Positions 15,425 to 30,421 of a DNA stretch of 64,000 nt are shown one piece after another; the first letter of the stretch is position 1; every line of letters begins with the position of its first letter. A model generated the notes under the pieces. The model ran no database searches, had not been told where the DNA came from, and saw nothing but the letters and a program-made list of their open reading frames with translations. Location of the stretch: positions 744,001-808,000 of the forward strand of contig JBBPEB010000021.1 in assembly GCA_039096225.1 (NCBI GenBank), in the 5' to 3' direction. This DNA is from Blastocystis sp. Blastoise (taxonomy: Eukaryota; Protista; Bigyra: Opalinata). Made by a program: the position numbers and the translations under genes.

Positions 15425-16646
15425 ATGGAAAATCAAAATAGTTCAAACAATAAAACGAATAAAAAGATGCCTATTTGTGTAATTGTTGTTGGAATGGCAG
15501 GTAGTGGTAAAACAACTCTTATGCAAGTATATTTTAATTGATACAACTATTTATTTGATTTATTAGCGTTTAATCAAAACAGCTTTTATAAATGAGAAGC
15601 GACCTTATATATTGAATCTAGATCCAGCTGTAGCTCGTCTTCCTTATTCATGCAATATAGATATTCGTGATACAGTTGATTATAAAGGTGTTATGAAAGA
15701 TTATAAGTTAGGACCAAATGGAAGTATTATGACATCATTAAATTTATTTGCTACTCGATTTGATCAAGTTATTCAATATATTGAATCAAAATCTGATGAA
15801 TTAGAGTATATATATATATATGAGTTTTATATTATTCAGTTTTGTTTTAAAATATACATTTTCTGTTATAAGAATTCTATTTATCTGTTGGTAATTTTAT
15901 ATGATAATTTTTACATTCAATTAACTTATATAATAAATATGTAATAAATATATAATAATAATAATAATAATATGTATATAGTTATGTTTTTGTGGATACA
16001 CCCGGTCAGATAGAAGTTTTTACATGGTCTGCTAGTGGTGAAATAATCACGGAATTATTAGCTTCTTCTATGCCTACTGTATTATTATATGTTGTGGATA
16101 CACCTCGTTCTTCTATGCCTGTAACATTTATGAGTAATATGCTCTATGCTTGCAGGTATATACTATTCTTTTCATTGTTATGTTTAGTATTATATTTATT
16201 CTTTATATTATTATCATTATGATTACTATGTTTAATATTTTATTAATTATTATATTAATTAGTATTTTTAGTATATATCACTTTTATGATATATATATTT
16301 AAATATATATAAATGAAATAATTTAAAAATGATTTTTTGTAAAATTTACAAATTATTATTATTTTCTAATTAAAAAATAATAGTTCAGTTTTTACTTATA
16401 TCTCTCTATATATATATAGTATATTTTACCGTTTATGTTTACCTTTAATGGTTGTTTTTAATAAGAATGATATTGAGGATAGTGAGAAGATTGATCGATG
16501 GATGAAAGACTATGAAGTATATATATAATATATTATTATTATTATTATTATTATGTTACTAATAATTATAAAAATATTATTTTCATAAAATAATTAACTG
16601 CTATATTATATATATTCTTTTTTATATCTTTATATTGCTATTATTC

Positions 16647-16710
<64 letters not shown>

Positions 16711-17740
16711 CACAGAAATACGAATAATTATCTTTTTATTATCATCTGTTTTTCACTATACTAATCTTATATGCTATATATATAGTATTTTCATGAATGT
16801 ATTTCTGAGGTGAGATCTGATTCGTTTATATTACCTCTGACGCATTCTCTTGGATTATCCCTAGAAGAATTCTATAAAACGTATATATATATAGTATTTT
16901 ATGTTTTATTAATATATAAAATAATAGATAATAGAGAAAAATATATATAAAATAAAATATAATATATATATAATTCTATAAACATTTTATACTGTAGATT
17001 GAATACAGTTTCTGTGTCTTCAGTAACTGGAGAGGGATGTATTGATTTGTTTGAAGCTATCAATGCCTCTGTCTCTGAATATAACTCTATATATCTACCT
17101 GAAAGACAAGTATATATATATATATTATATAGTTATTATTTAATATATATATATATATATATTTATTTATTTATAAATAACTTGATGATAATTATAGAAT
17201 AATGTATTCATAAATTATTATTATTTTTTTTATGAAATTAATTTATATAACCTTAATAAATCTCAATTCTTTCATATTCTATATATTTTAATACTTGACT
17301 ATATTTAGCGTCGTATAAAAGAAAGACAGGAAAGAGAAGAGAAAGAAGAACAAGCGAAGATTTTAAAGATGCGTGAAGATATGCTGGCTGAAGGAGAAGT
17401 ATTAGAAGAAGAAGAAGATACTATGAATAATACTACTACTACTACTAATAATAATAATATTAAGAATAATAATATGGATATAGATAGAGATATGAGCATG
17501 GGTGATGCTTTAATGAAAGAGGAATTAAAAGAAACAGTTAAAGAAGAAGAAAAAGAAGAATTGAAACGTGAACAAGAAGAATATCAATATCAAATACATA
17601 ATAAAGAAGGAGGAGAAGAAGAAGATGATGATGATGATAATGAAGATGAAGAAGATGAAAATGAAAAAGAAGAATATGATGAAATGATGAAATGGATCGA
17701 TAAATTAAAAGCAGAACAAAAAAATAAACATCAAGAATAA
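15425..17740 (+). CDS. GPN1: GPN-loop GTPase 1 (7 exons)
   Basis: [48 protein letters not shown] and an acidic C-terminal tail. Confidence 0.96.
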
Positions 17741-18176
17741 ATAATATATACACAATTTTTATTAAACATTATTCATAGTTTTTTTATTTGTTATTTGTTG
17801 TTACTATTTAAAATATGTATAGTTTAGTGTATTGTTGCGTTTTTTTTCATATTCAGTTCAATACAATATATAACTTTAATTTAATTGAATAACGTTTACA
17901 AAACAATACGCCATAAATAATATATAACATAGAACTGTAAAAAAAGAGATAATAATATAGAATGAGAAAAAATGATGGAATAATATGTGAATTTATGTAA
18001 TATATGAAAGCCTAGATAAAACGAAAAAAGCAAAGACAACTTTTTTATATGAAATAAAAAGTAGTTGTTTATAATTGAAGAATATTTACAAAAAATACTA
18101 TTATTTATAATATATATAGATTTTATTATACACTAAATATTTTTTAAATAATAATGACTTATAAAAAAAAATACTT

Positions 18177-19978
18177 TTATGAATGGCATGTATATACTTC
18201 GATTTCATTAACTTTAAAGTAGTTATTTTCTGTATAATTATTTGTGTTCGTAAACAATGAGGACATATATATAGGATGATATGTATATATAGAAGGAGAG
18301 GAATAGATATTAATAAAATTAGTTGAGTTTTTATGACAATCATTACTAATAGAGAATCCATATCTAAATATTGGTCCTCGGTTAATATCATATTCAATAG
18401 TGTATTCATCTTTAGAAATACAAGAGAATTGAGAAGGAATAGTATTATAAGGATTTTGAAGTGTAAATATAAAAGCATCTGGATCTTTTATTCCATAATA
18501 ACCTATATTTAATGTTCATATATATATATATAATAATTAAAATAATAATTAAACAAAATTATGAATAAAAAATAGTTTTCATTCAAACAAATAATTATAC
18601 TAAAAATAACTACTCTATATATAAAGAATAAGTTTTATATATGTATTATTTCAATATTAATTTAGGATTATAATATACTTTTATTATTATTATGAATCCA
18701 ACCTATTTTAGTATATCCTCCAAAAACACATAATTTTGTACCTGTATAACTTGAAATAAGAACTAATGTTTCTCCTTGATTATCACATAAATCATGAAAA
18801 GAAGTAGATGAAAAATCATGATCAGATCCTCTAAAATAAATAATATATAGAAAATATGTAATATATATATATATACATAAATGATATATAATATAAATTA
18901 ATTAAAATTATTTTAGAACTATAAATATAGCTAATAATAAAAGCATATACTTATAAGAGAGAATCCATTTTTTATTTAAATTGACCCAAGTATTGATTTG
19001 ATTAATATATTGTTCATTTGTATAAAGAATAGAAGAATAATGAAGTGGATAAAATCTTTGTTTTATAGAATCATTCATCTTTATACATAAAATAGATAAA
19101 GAAGATAAAAAAGTTTCAATAGAGAATTCTTCTTTTAAATAACTTTCTTTTGATATTGAATTAGTCTTAATATATTCAACAATATATTGAAATAAGTCTA
19201 TATGAAGATTAACATAGTAAGCATTCTCATTATCACTCCATTGAAGTTGCTTATTAGTTATTGTTGATAAGAAATTAGCTAATTGATTTGTTTTCTTTAA
19301 GTATTGTATTATTTCTGGCACTTCATGATCATTGACTAAAATCATTCCTTCTTGTATCCATATTCGTTTCTTATGATCTTTAAATGTTTCTTGAAGTTGA
19401 AGTATCTCTTTACGAAATGGAACATTAAAAAACTCAAAAGATTCAATTAAATTCAGTTTTTCTATTTCTTCTTTAAACTTTTTATAATGAATTGGCTTCT
19501 CTTCTAAGTAATCTAATACTGTAGAAACATTTTCATCAGAAGAATCTAAGTAATATGTATTTTTAGCAATCTGATTCATTGGATCATGAGTTAATAATGA
19601 AAAATAACATCCAGGATTCTTCTGCAATACTCTCTTTGAAACCATGATAGGCTTCAAGTTGTTTGGACGAAGGAATGCAATTTTTTCGTTATCATCACAA
19701 ACAAGATCATCAAAAGAACTTTCAGAATGGTAGCTTTGTTGTAACTTTACGGCTATACTTCTTAGTTCCTCAGTGATATCGTAAGAGATTGTTGAGTTTT
19801 CAAATGAAGTTTCACTGAATAATTGTTGCAATTCCACCATTTGCTTGTTTATACAATCTATAATATTCTGCATACAAGTTACAGTTGTATCACGATACGT
19901 TTTGACTGAAGAAAAAAGACTGTTTCTCAATAGGGTTGCCGATGAATCGATGATTGCTGATTGCTCTGAGGAAAGCAT
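18177..19978 (-). CDS. BTB/POZ-like + TLDc domain protein (paralogue 1), 3 exons
   Basis: KCTD-like BTB segment (YYLDSS...VLDYL), then TLDc motifs KKWILSY-RGSDHDF..FHDLCDNQGETL...VFGGYT...AFIFTL...GPIF...EIEVY. Confidence 0.85.
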
Positions 19979-20355
19979 TGTTTTGTACTATTTTTGAAAT
20001 GAATGTTTTTCACTTATGTAGATAAGAATAAATATGTGGATGAATTCATAATAATAAAAAAACTCAAACGTTTTCTGCAAAAACTTGGCTTTCTAAAAGA
20101 ACTGTAGAAATTGAAACAATTTTATATATAATAAAACATATATACATTTTAGTATATTATTAGATTATAGAGAACATCGCAATAATATATTATGAACAAT
20201 TATAAACCAAAAACAATTATTAATGACAATAAATAATGATATCCTTTAAAAACAGTAGAAAAAAATAATAATATCGTTTTCCCGTGATTTTGATTCTATT
20301 TTTTTTCTTTTGAAATAGATTTAGTTATTGAATTCTATATATATTTTGAATAACT

Positions 20356-21940
20356 ATGGGTCCATCTATTGAGATACAATGCCAGAGTTGTGGATTATTT
20401 AGAAGTATGGCAGAAATGTTTTATTGTACAAATTGCAAAAAAATCATTTGTAAGAGTGCTACTTGTACTTGTGAGGATGTAGATATTTTATATTGTCCTT
20501 CTTGTTTCGAATTAACGTTTCAAGGAGATGCAATTAAGAATTTGTATAGGTATGTTTTCATTTTAATAGTGTTTCATATAGATAATTCTATATTGAATAA
20601 ATAGATGTATCAAATGTTATGACTGTCCTTTGTGTAAAACTACATTACAAAAGAAACAGAACACGATTCCCGATCAAGATCCTACTTTCTATTTAGAATG
20701 TCCTTATTGTTTATGGAATAGTACTTCTATAGGTATTGAAGCAAAGAGTGTTCAAGAATTATGTGATTTATGTAAACAATTTGATCTTAATGATACAGTT
20801 AAAAATGAATTTAATATGCATGTTAGTGAAATGAAAAAGCAATTTCCAGAAAAGAATTCCAAAGCTTCTAATCGATTGAAATATATGGCTGTACGTACTC
20901 CTACGGGAGGGGATCAGTCTTTAAAGATAGGGGAATGGAATAAACAATTGTTAGAAGAACAATTGGAGGTATTTTTTGATTATTTATAATAATAATATAT
21001 ATAATAATTGATAATTTGTTATAATAATAAAAAATATATATATTTTTAGGAAAAAGAAAAAAGAATTGTAGATAGAGTTGGTGATGAAGTATATATATAT
21101 ATAATAATAATAAATGACTTTTTTTTTAATGATTTAAATAATAATAGTAATAATAATATATATATATTATAGGATATAAATACTCATTTAGAAAGAGTGA
21201 TAGGAGAAGCAGAAAATGAGGATCAAAAGAAAATGCTACTTCCCCGTGAAAATATTGAACTTTCAAATCGTTTTCCTTATTATACAACTAAAGATCATGT
21301 AATACCTACTCGTGTTCCTCTTCGAGCTAAAAAATCAAGAAAATGTTTAACTTGTGTTAATAAGGGTGAAAATAGTTTATTTTTATTAAAACCACAAATG
21401 AATCCACTTACTGGTGATTCTCTTAATCAAGCGACTACAGATGATTGGTATCGTGTTCAATCTTTTGCAATGCTATATTTCCCTATTTTAAGCATTATTC
21501 AGCCGCTTCCAACTATTGCTGAACAACCTCTTACCTTACGTATTATGAATATATCCTTATATATATATATATATATATTTGTTGTTATTATTAATGATTA
21601 TAATAATATGATTATATATATTATATATATATATATATATCTTCTTTAATGAATATGTACCCTTGTAATATTAGTGGTTCGCTTATTAATGGAGATATAG
21701 AACTGACAATCAGCCAATCAAAAACAACAGATACAAACTGCAATGTATATATATATATTATATTGATTTTATATATTATATATGTATTAAATTGATTCTA
21801 TATATTATATTGATTCTATATATTATATTGATTAATACTTTTTAAAATATAGATTATTTCATAAATATTATATATATATATATAGGTATTACTTCCTTCG
21901 GAATCCTTAATTATTCCTGGAGAAGATCTTGCTACATGGA

Positions 21941-22002
<62 letters not shown>

Positions 22003-22238
22003 AAAAAACATACAACAATTTATATCTATAAATATATAAATATATATATATAGATGCTCCTACAGATGTTGTGAATCCTAGTTATATAAAGGAGAAAGGA
22101 GCTAATTATATAATACTTAATATACTTATTGAAAAGAATGATGATGTTCCTGCATTGTTTTACATTCAATGCGATTGTAAAATGAAAGTTAATGAGGATA
22201 CTATTTCAAATTCTCAAATCTATCGAATTCATTTATAA
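20356..22238 (+). CDS. DCTN4: Dynactin subunit 4 (p62), 7 exons
   Basis: Cys-rich N-terminus FYCxxC...YCPSCFE...RC.KCYDCPLC...YLECPYCLWNS, then PTRVPLRAKKSRKC...LLKP and a C-terminal beta domain LRIMNP...VLLP. Confidence 0.9.
21551..21660 (+). other. U12-type (minor spliceosome) AT-AC intron in DCTN4
   Basis: 5' site ATATCCTT, branch-like TTCTTTAAT at 21642-21650, 3' AC at 21659-21660. Phase-0 removal restores IMN|PCN in frame. Confidence 0.9.
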
Positions 22239-22727
22239 TTCTATAGAAATCTGTTTTTTTTAAATGTTTTTATTATTTTATTCCTATTTATGCATTCTAA
22301 CTCATTCATTTCCATATATCTAAATTTCATAACTTTTATTTTTATGGCTAATTCTTGTGTAATCATGTCTATTTGCTATGTTTCTATTATTTAAATGGTA
22401 TATATGATCAAAAAATAGTATGTGTATATCCTATAAATTCCAAAAATGATCATTGCTTTATGTTTTGCATTTTTTCAGAAATAATCAGTCATAAAACATT
22501 TTATAAAATGTATATATGTATTATAAGTCCTCTAAATACATAAAAATAACATCATTCCTAAGAGATACTCCTTAATTACAAATAAATTCAACAATTATTT
22601 TGCGAATCAAGAAAATTCATAAGAAAATACTTTTTCACAGCGCAATTTTATAATTAATCAAAAAAATAATTTATTTCGCAAATATTTATTTTACAGTAGC
22701 TTATTTATAGCTAAATATTAGAAGAGA

Positions 22728-24109
22728 ATGAATGATATGCTAAATAAGATGTTTTCAAATTCTTTTGAATGTATATTTTCGCTAATTTTCTTTGTCATTT
22801 GTTTAGCAAAAGATCAGTACCTTGTAGAAGATGATCCAAAGAATAGTAAATAGGATGCTATTATCAAAAATAATATAAATTTTTAATTGTATTTATTATT
22901 TTTTAGGAATTGTTGATCCAAAGAAACGAGAAGCTATGGAGAATGAGTATAACAAGCTTACTGAAGAGATAAAGTCCTATCGCGCGCAAATCAAAGAAGA
23001 AAAGAAGAATAAAAAAGTATTTGATACAAAACGAAAAGAGAATCACCTTTATTCAAAACAAATTGAAGAATTAAAAGTATATATATAATATATTTATATA
23101 TAAAACTATTTCAGAATATGAATAAAAAAATATATATGTATATATAGATAAAAATTGAAGAGATTTCAAAGAATAATTTGGAGATACGAACAGCCATTGA
23201 AGAAGTGTCTTCATTTCTCATGGAGAATGATCCAGAAACTATGAATATTGAGAATACTGTAGATCCTGATACTATTAATGAAGAAATTGAAGATATTCCT
23301 ATAGTAAGTATACCTGAAGAACAAATAGAAAATATTTATCAAATATTTGAAGTATATATATAGGTTTATAAACATTATTTTTTATTTATTTATTATAAAA
23401 ATATTATTATAATATTTTTTTTTTATTTATTGTAAATATATTATAATAATATTTTTTTTATTTATTGTAAATATATTATAATTATTTATAATTTTTTTAT
23501 TATAAAAATATTATTATTATTTATGGTTTATTTATAAATATTGAATGACTTTGTATATGTATATATAGAAATTAAAAGAAGAATATATTACTTTAAATAA
23601 TGAAAAAATAGTTTTAGATAGTGATTATGAAATTATTATTAAGAAAAGAGAACAATATTCAGTATATATATATATATATCATTCTAATTATGTTTAAATA
23701 TATTATTTTATATTATATTACATATTATTATTGTTATTAATCTTGGAGATATATACTATACTTCCTATACTATACTATACTATATATATAGACACAATAT
23801 AAAGGAAGTAAAGAAGATCAAAAAGTTGTGAATGATTGTGTGACGAAATCACAACAAGTATTCCAGAATTTAGTTGATACAGTAAAGAAAATAGAGTATA
23901 TATATATCTTTATTATTATAAAACAAAATAATATTTTATTTGTTAATAAAATAACTATTACAATAATTTCATATATTTTTAGAAATACTGAAAAGAAAAT
24001 GTATAAAGATAAAAAATTATTTATTTCAAAAAATAATTTTTATTTCAATTGTTTATGTTGGTCACTTGGTGGTATTTTAATTTCATTTATTTTTCATAGA
24101 AAACATTAA
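22728..24109 (+). CDS. Hypothetical coiled-coil protein with C-terminal transmembrane anchor (7 exons)
   Basis: In-frame GT-AG exon chain, E/K-rich heptads, ending FNCLCWSLGGILISFIFHRKH*. Confidence 0.7.
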
Positions 24110-24755
24110 TAGAAAGAGATTTAGAATATATATATATATTTGTTTTACTTATTATTTACCCTATTTGTTTATCTTTGTTATTTGTTTTATTTTTCAGATT
24201 ATTCTCAATTGCTTTTTCGTATTATATGTAATTTATTTTATATCGTTATTCATGTTATTAATATGGTTGTATGTTTTATTTCTTTTCTATTTTCTTTTGT
24301 ATTTCTCTTGTAGTTTGATATATCATTGTTTGGTCTACAGTTCGATGATTCATATACTTGCAAATCAGTTACATAAATGGATTAGATTTAGAACAAAGAA
24401 TTTTTAACAATAGTTTTTTATTCATGTGTCACTAAACATACTATTTTATTTATTTAAATAGAATCGTTTATGTATGCAAGATGTTTAGAACATATATCCG
24501 ATGATGGATGCAAAAAATAATACATTTTAAAAAAATTGTACTTTGAAATTATTTCTTATAGTTCTTTTGATCATATTAATAATTATAACACTATATTCCT
24601 GATATCATAAAGATCATTTACCGTCATCACAAGTGAATATAGAATGAGAATTCAAATAAATAAAACTAATAGAAAAAACGACGGGAAACTTTTTTTTTGA
24701 GAAACCTTTTATTTTATATTTCATTTTTTCTTTGTATACTAGCAACTTTAACAAA

Positions 24756-25511
24756 ATGGGTATATTAAATCTATGTACACATTCTATACAATATATAGAT
24801 GGTGGATATAGAGGAAATAGAAATGGTTCGTTTAACAATAACAGAAGATCGAATACTGAATTTCATAAACGTCCTTTTCAGAATAATGGAAATAGAAGAT
24901 TTCAGAATAATGGTAATAGAGGTTTTCAGAATAATGGCAATAGAGGTTTTCAAAATAATGGTCATAGGGGATTTCAGAATAATGGCAATAGAGGTTTCCA
25001 AAGAGGTGGCGATCGTTTTGAAAAGAAAACAAAAGCTGAAATAGAAAGAGAAGGTATATTTTATGTTTGTTTTTAATAATACAAAAATAATATTTTATAC
25101 AAATATATAGAAGAAATTTTAAATAAGGAAGAATTACCAAAAGAAGAAGAAATCGATGCGTATTTATATATATATTTATTAGAAGGAGTATAATATTTAT
25201 ATTTATAGTGAAACTTATAAAGATTTTGATCCTAATGCTAAAGCTGTATGTATTTATTGATATATATATATATATATAGACTGTATTTATTGGCCAATTA
25301 CCTTTTGATTGTACTAAGGATGATTTAATGAAATATCTTAAAGATAATGATGTTGGTATATATATATATTTTTTTATTTATTGTTATTCTATAAATAATA
25401 TTATCACTATTCTATAAATATATATATACTTTTATTAATAATTATTATATTTATATTTCTGTAGATATTAAAAATATTCGTTTATTAACAGATAAAAGTA
25501 CTGGTAAATTT

Positions 25512-25548
<37 letters not shown>

Positions 25549-25553
25549 AAGAA

Positions 25554-25593
<40 letters not shown>

Positions 25594-26219
25594 GGTATGG
25601 CTTTTGTGGATGTTCTTGCTGGAAATGTCTGTAAGATGCTGAAATTACATCATACCTTCTTTAAAGGTCGTTGTATTAATATCGAAGAAACCATGGATGG
25701 AGGGAAGAAGTCTCAAGTATATATATATCTATTAATATTATTATTATTTTTATTATTATTATTATATTTAATTAATTAAATATATATATATAGGAAAGAC
25801 AAAAATTTTTAAAGAAGCGAAGAGAGATTCATGATCAAAGAATTGAAGAGAGTTATGTATATAACTATTATTATTAATAAAATTATTATTATTATTATTA
25901 TTATACATACTATCAATTATATATATAGAAAGAATTTATGGAGAGATTATTTGAACGTTCAAAAACTATTCAATTAAAAGATATTGATACTAAATGTCTT
26001 GATGCATTAGAATCATTCCCTAAAGCTAAAACGAAGAAGGTATATATATATATAATTATAATTATATATTTTTTTAAATATGAATAGAACAATTAATAAT
26101 ATATATTTATATATATAAAGATTATTCAAGACTTAATACGTGCTGATCCTCATAAAATTAAGAATTTAAATGCTTATATTATGGGTATTGTAAAGAGAAC
26201 AAGAGAAGGAAAAGATTAA
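24756..26219 (+). CDS. Nop6-like RRM protein with N-terminal FQNNGNRG repeats and a C-terminal helical domain (10 exons)
   Basis: RNP2 VFIGQLPF and RNP1 KGMAFVDV, followed by LHHT...INIEETMDGGKKSQER, which resembles the fungal Nop6 post-RRM motif. The ATG is followed by an intron at 24760. Confidence 0.8.
24877..25001 (+). repeat. 24-bp coding tandem repeat (FQNNGNRG) x5
   Basis: Five imperfect copies of TTTCAGAATAATGGnAATAGAGG. Confidence 0.9.
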
Positions 26220-26666
26220 TTTAAAATTTTAATACTATTTTTGAAAACTATATGTATATTGAAATGTTTTAAAGTATTTAATATTTGATGCTATCTCTAT
26301 TTATGTGTGCTTTATCTTTAATTTTATTAATCTATGTTGTTTAAATACTCTTGAATATCTCATTAACATATAGTATAAATAATTATTAACTTCTTAAAAC
26401 AATAATTATCATTTTTTCAAAAATTAAAATATTAAAAGCATTATTTTATTTTCTGTATACTCTACAGAATATAAAAAATTATTTTATGCATGCAATACCT
26501 ATAAAACTCATAAATTTATTTCAAAATAGAACAAAAAGAAATTAAATATTTTAAAAAGAATAAAAATGATATTATTTTCTGTTTTTAACTTTAGAAAATA
26601 TATTATTCACGGGAACAATAATTGAAGACGAATTTGGTCTGAGTCCTATTTCTTGCTTTAATAAAA

Positions 26667-27591
26667 ATGAATTCTCTTTATTTATTGATATTCTTATTTG
26701 GCATCGTTAATTGCGATGAAGTATTTTATCATCGTTACACTGTATCTCCTTCAAGTGAATTTTCAGGAACGATTGATGATGTCAATGCCTTAGTTCCTAA
26801 ATTCTTTGAACAAAGAGTAATCCGATTCACTGCTAACACGACTAACCTTGTGTACTATACACATAACGTTGATACATCTTATGTTGTGTGGTTTGAATAT
26901 ATATATCATTCTATTGTTGATGGAAACGTTGATAATGTAGATACAAAATATGAAAGAACATTTAAAGACGAAAATGGTGCTGAATTACAATATATATCTC
27001 CTGTTGGTGCTATTTTATTCAAAATTCAAAATTCTGAACCATTTATTGTTAACGTTGATGTTTCTATTACACATGGTATTTTTATTATTAATTATATTTT
27101 TTTTATATATTTATTATTATCATATATATATGTAGAATTCTCTTATAATCATGTTATTCTATTAATTGTTGGATTCATCTTACTAATAGCGGCTTATTAG
27201 TATGAATTTAGATATTATATATTATATATTATATATTATATATATAGTATTTCACATAGTCATTTATTCTTATATGCTTCTTCTGCAACTTTAACTGTAC
27301 TTCTATCTTCTTGTCTTCTCTTCTATTTTATCTATAAAAGGTATATATATTATTTTTATTAATATTATTAATAATATAGATTAAATATTAATAAGAAAAC
27401 AGTTGGACTCTTAAGTGTATTATCGTCTATTGGTATATATATATATTATTATTATTATTATTATATATATATAGGTTTAGGATCATTTATAAAACAGTTA
27501 CTGACTCAAACAACAACTAATTATATATCACAATATTATCCATATTTAATAGGGTATATATATATCAATATATATATATATATATATATAC

Positions 27592-27628
<37 letters not shown>

Positions 27629-28171
27629 TATGTTGTTCTTACAGCTATTATTGGTATTGTTATTATGTATCTATATATGCCAGATTCAAAAGCTAAAAGT
27701 TTAAATGTTCTTAATGCATTCTTAGCTGGTATATATATATATATATATAATAATAATTATTATTATTATAGTTAGTTAATAAATTTAATAAATATATAAA
27801 TATATATAGGTATTGGTTTTCTTCTTTTATGTTCTGCGTCACCCTCTGTCACTATGTCTGTCATCGTTGCCGTTTCAATTGTTCTTTTTAAGTGTTTTTC
27901 AAGTCTAATTATTCCTTTCTTAAATAAACAATTGTATATATATTTATATATATATATTTATATATATATAGAGTTTTATTATATTGGGGATTCCGATATA
28001 GATTCTGGAAAACTAAAAGTATATATATACATATATATATATTATACTCTATATATATATATTATACTCTCTCTATATATATAGAAGTATATAAAACAAT
28101 AGAGGAATATGAAGATGAAGGCTATCAAATGACAATTCAACAAATGAATGAATTAATTCATAAATTTGCAG

Positions 28172-28257
<86 letters not shown>

Positions 28258-28730
28258 CATCCCGAATTAATGAATAAATTAGATCCCAAAACCGTGAATA
28301 TTCTTCAAAAAATGTGTCAAGGAGTATATTAATATAATAATAATAATAATATATATATATATAGGAGTATTCATACAACTATTATATTTCACAACGTAAG
28401 TACTAAAAATATTATATACATATATAATTATATATATATATATATATATAGAAGAGAATGGGTGGGTAGATAAAGAGCATCAACGTATATATATATATAA
28501 ACACTTTTATATACATATTTCATTTTTTATAGAAATAACCGCGGATATTGATGATGATGATGATGCTATGCATGAAATTACAGTTACTCCTGCTACTACT
28601 AATAATAGTAATAATAATAGTAATAATAATAGTATACTATCACGTCGACCTGATTTCAAATTATATCCACGTATATATATATAATATTATTAATAAATTA
28701 TAATTATTGTTCTATATAGAAGCAAATTAG
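26667..28730 (+). CDS. NEMP (TMEM194)-like nuclear envelope membrane protein (~14 exons)
   Basis: Signal peptide, lumenal domain, about 5 TM helices (ISHSHLFLYASS..., YLIGYVVLTAIIG), then TIEEYEDEGYQMTIQQMNEL, resembling the NEMP 'TEEEY..QG..ET..AL.EL' motif. Confidence 0.72.
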
Positions 28731-29045
28731 TTGAATTATGTATTTCTTGTTATTATGTATATATTGCTAAAAAAGAATTATTTTCCATTTTTATATCTGT
28801 TATATATATATATATATTATGATTATTAGTTTGTTTATTTTTTAAAATACTAAGCAAATAATCAAATTAAGAATAGACTTTTTGTACTTTGATATTAGAT
28901 TTATTAAAAACAATATATATATAAGAATATACAGTAAGAAGGACTATTAACAATAACTTTAAAAATAATAAAAAAATGGCATTTTATATAAACACATAAA
29001 AATAAAATATAAAAGAAAATGATTAAATATATATATATATATATA

Positions 29046-30385
29046 TTAATTTGATTCATTTAAAACAAATTGAATGTTTAATTGAGAATTATGAGTTTCT
29101 TTATATATATTTAAAAGTGATTCATATTTATCTATATGGCAATCCTCTATACATATAAAATAAAATAAATAAATATATTTATATAGTATATATTTTATAA
29201 AATATTAATATTATTAATAATATATTTATATACTTGAAACATGAATTATTAATTCTCTTAAATATATATATGAATTTTTTATTATTAAATTCACATATTT
29301 GGATAAATAATCATCAGATATAATATCTATATAAATAAATAATAATCATAAACATAATATACATAGAATATATACATAATTCTAAATATCTAATATTTTT
29401 TTAATAATCTTCTTGCAACTGATTATAGAAATTTCTCTCATACCTATCTCTATCATATAAATCATTATGAAATATTTCATCATATGGACCACCAAATATA
29501 TTTAACATAATTATAGAATATATTGGTATATTCATTTCGGAAGAAATTTCAGGAAAATAATTAAATAAATTATAAAGTTGTTTTTTATCTATTATATATA
29601 AAAAATAATATATATAAATATATAATATTAACTATTATTTTACAATAATATGATAATTATATATCTATATACTATTTTCGACATATATTTCAACATTATT
29701 TACATAATGAGTTATAGATTTCCAACCACCAAATAAGTAACTAAAATGAAGTAAATGAAGTAAATAGTAATCAGAAGAATTAGAAGAATTAGAAGAATTA
29801 GCAGAATTATCAGAATCCGAAGAATCCGAAGAATCCGAAGAATCCGAAGAATCCGAGCAACAACTATAATTCTTTTCAACTATATAAAATTATATTATTA
29901 ACATATTATTAATATACAATAATTAATGATTTTTAATGATTTGAGCTGTTTTAATTGATTATTTGTTATATACTTATACAGGTTCTTCATTACATCATAG
30001 TTGTATGAATCTATTTATTATAATAGTATATTAATATTACAATAATAGTATATAATATAAAATATACCTGTTCGAATAGTTAGATTCTCAAGATTTGGAA
30101 ATAAAAGAAAATTCTTACCATTATCATGTAAACAGAAATAGTCCACAAATAATGATGCTATATAATAATAATAAAATAGATAATATAAATAATAATGATA
30201 ATTATTATAATATATATATAATTATAAATGTACAATTTAATTCTAATGTTTTGATATTATTGGAGAACATAGAGAAGAAATCAGATAAAATAGATTTTTT
30301 ACGTGGTTCAATTCTATTTATTTCAACTTTACACTCAGTATAAAAAGAAAATTTAAGTCCTATATATACATAAAATATGCTTTTT

Positions 30386-30421
<36 letters not shown>

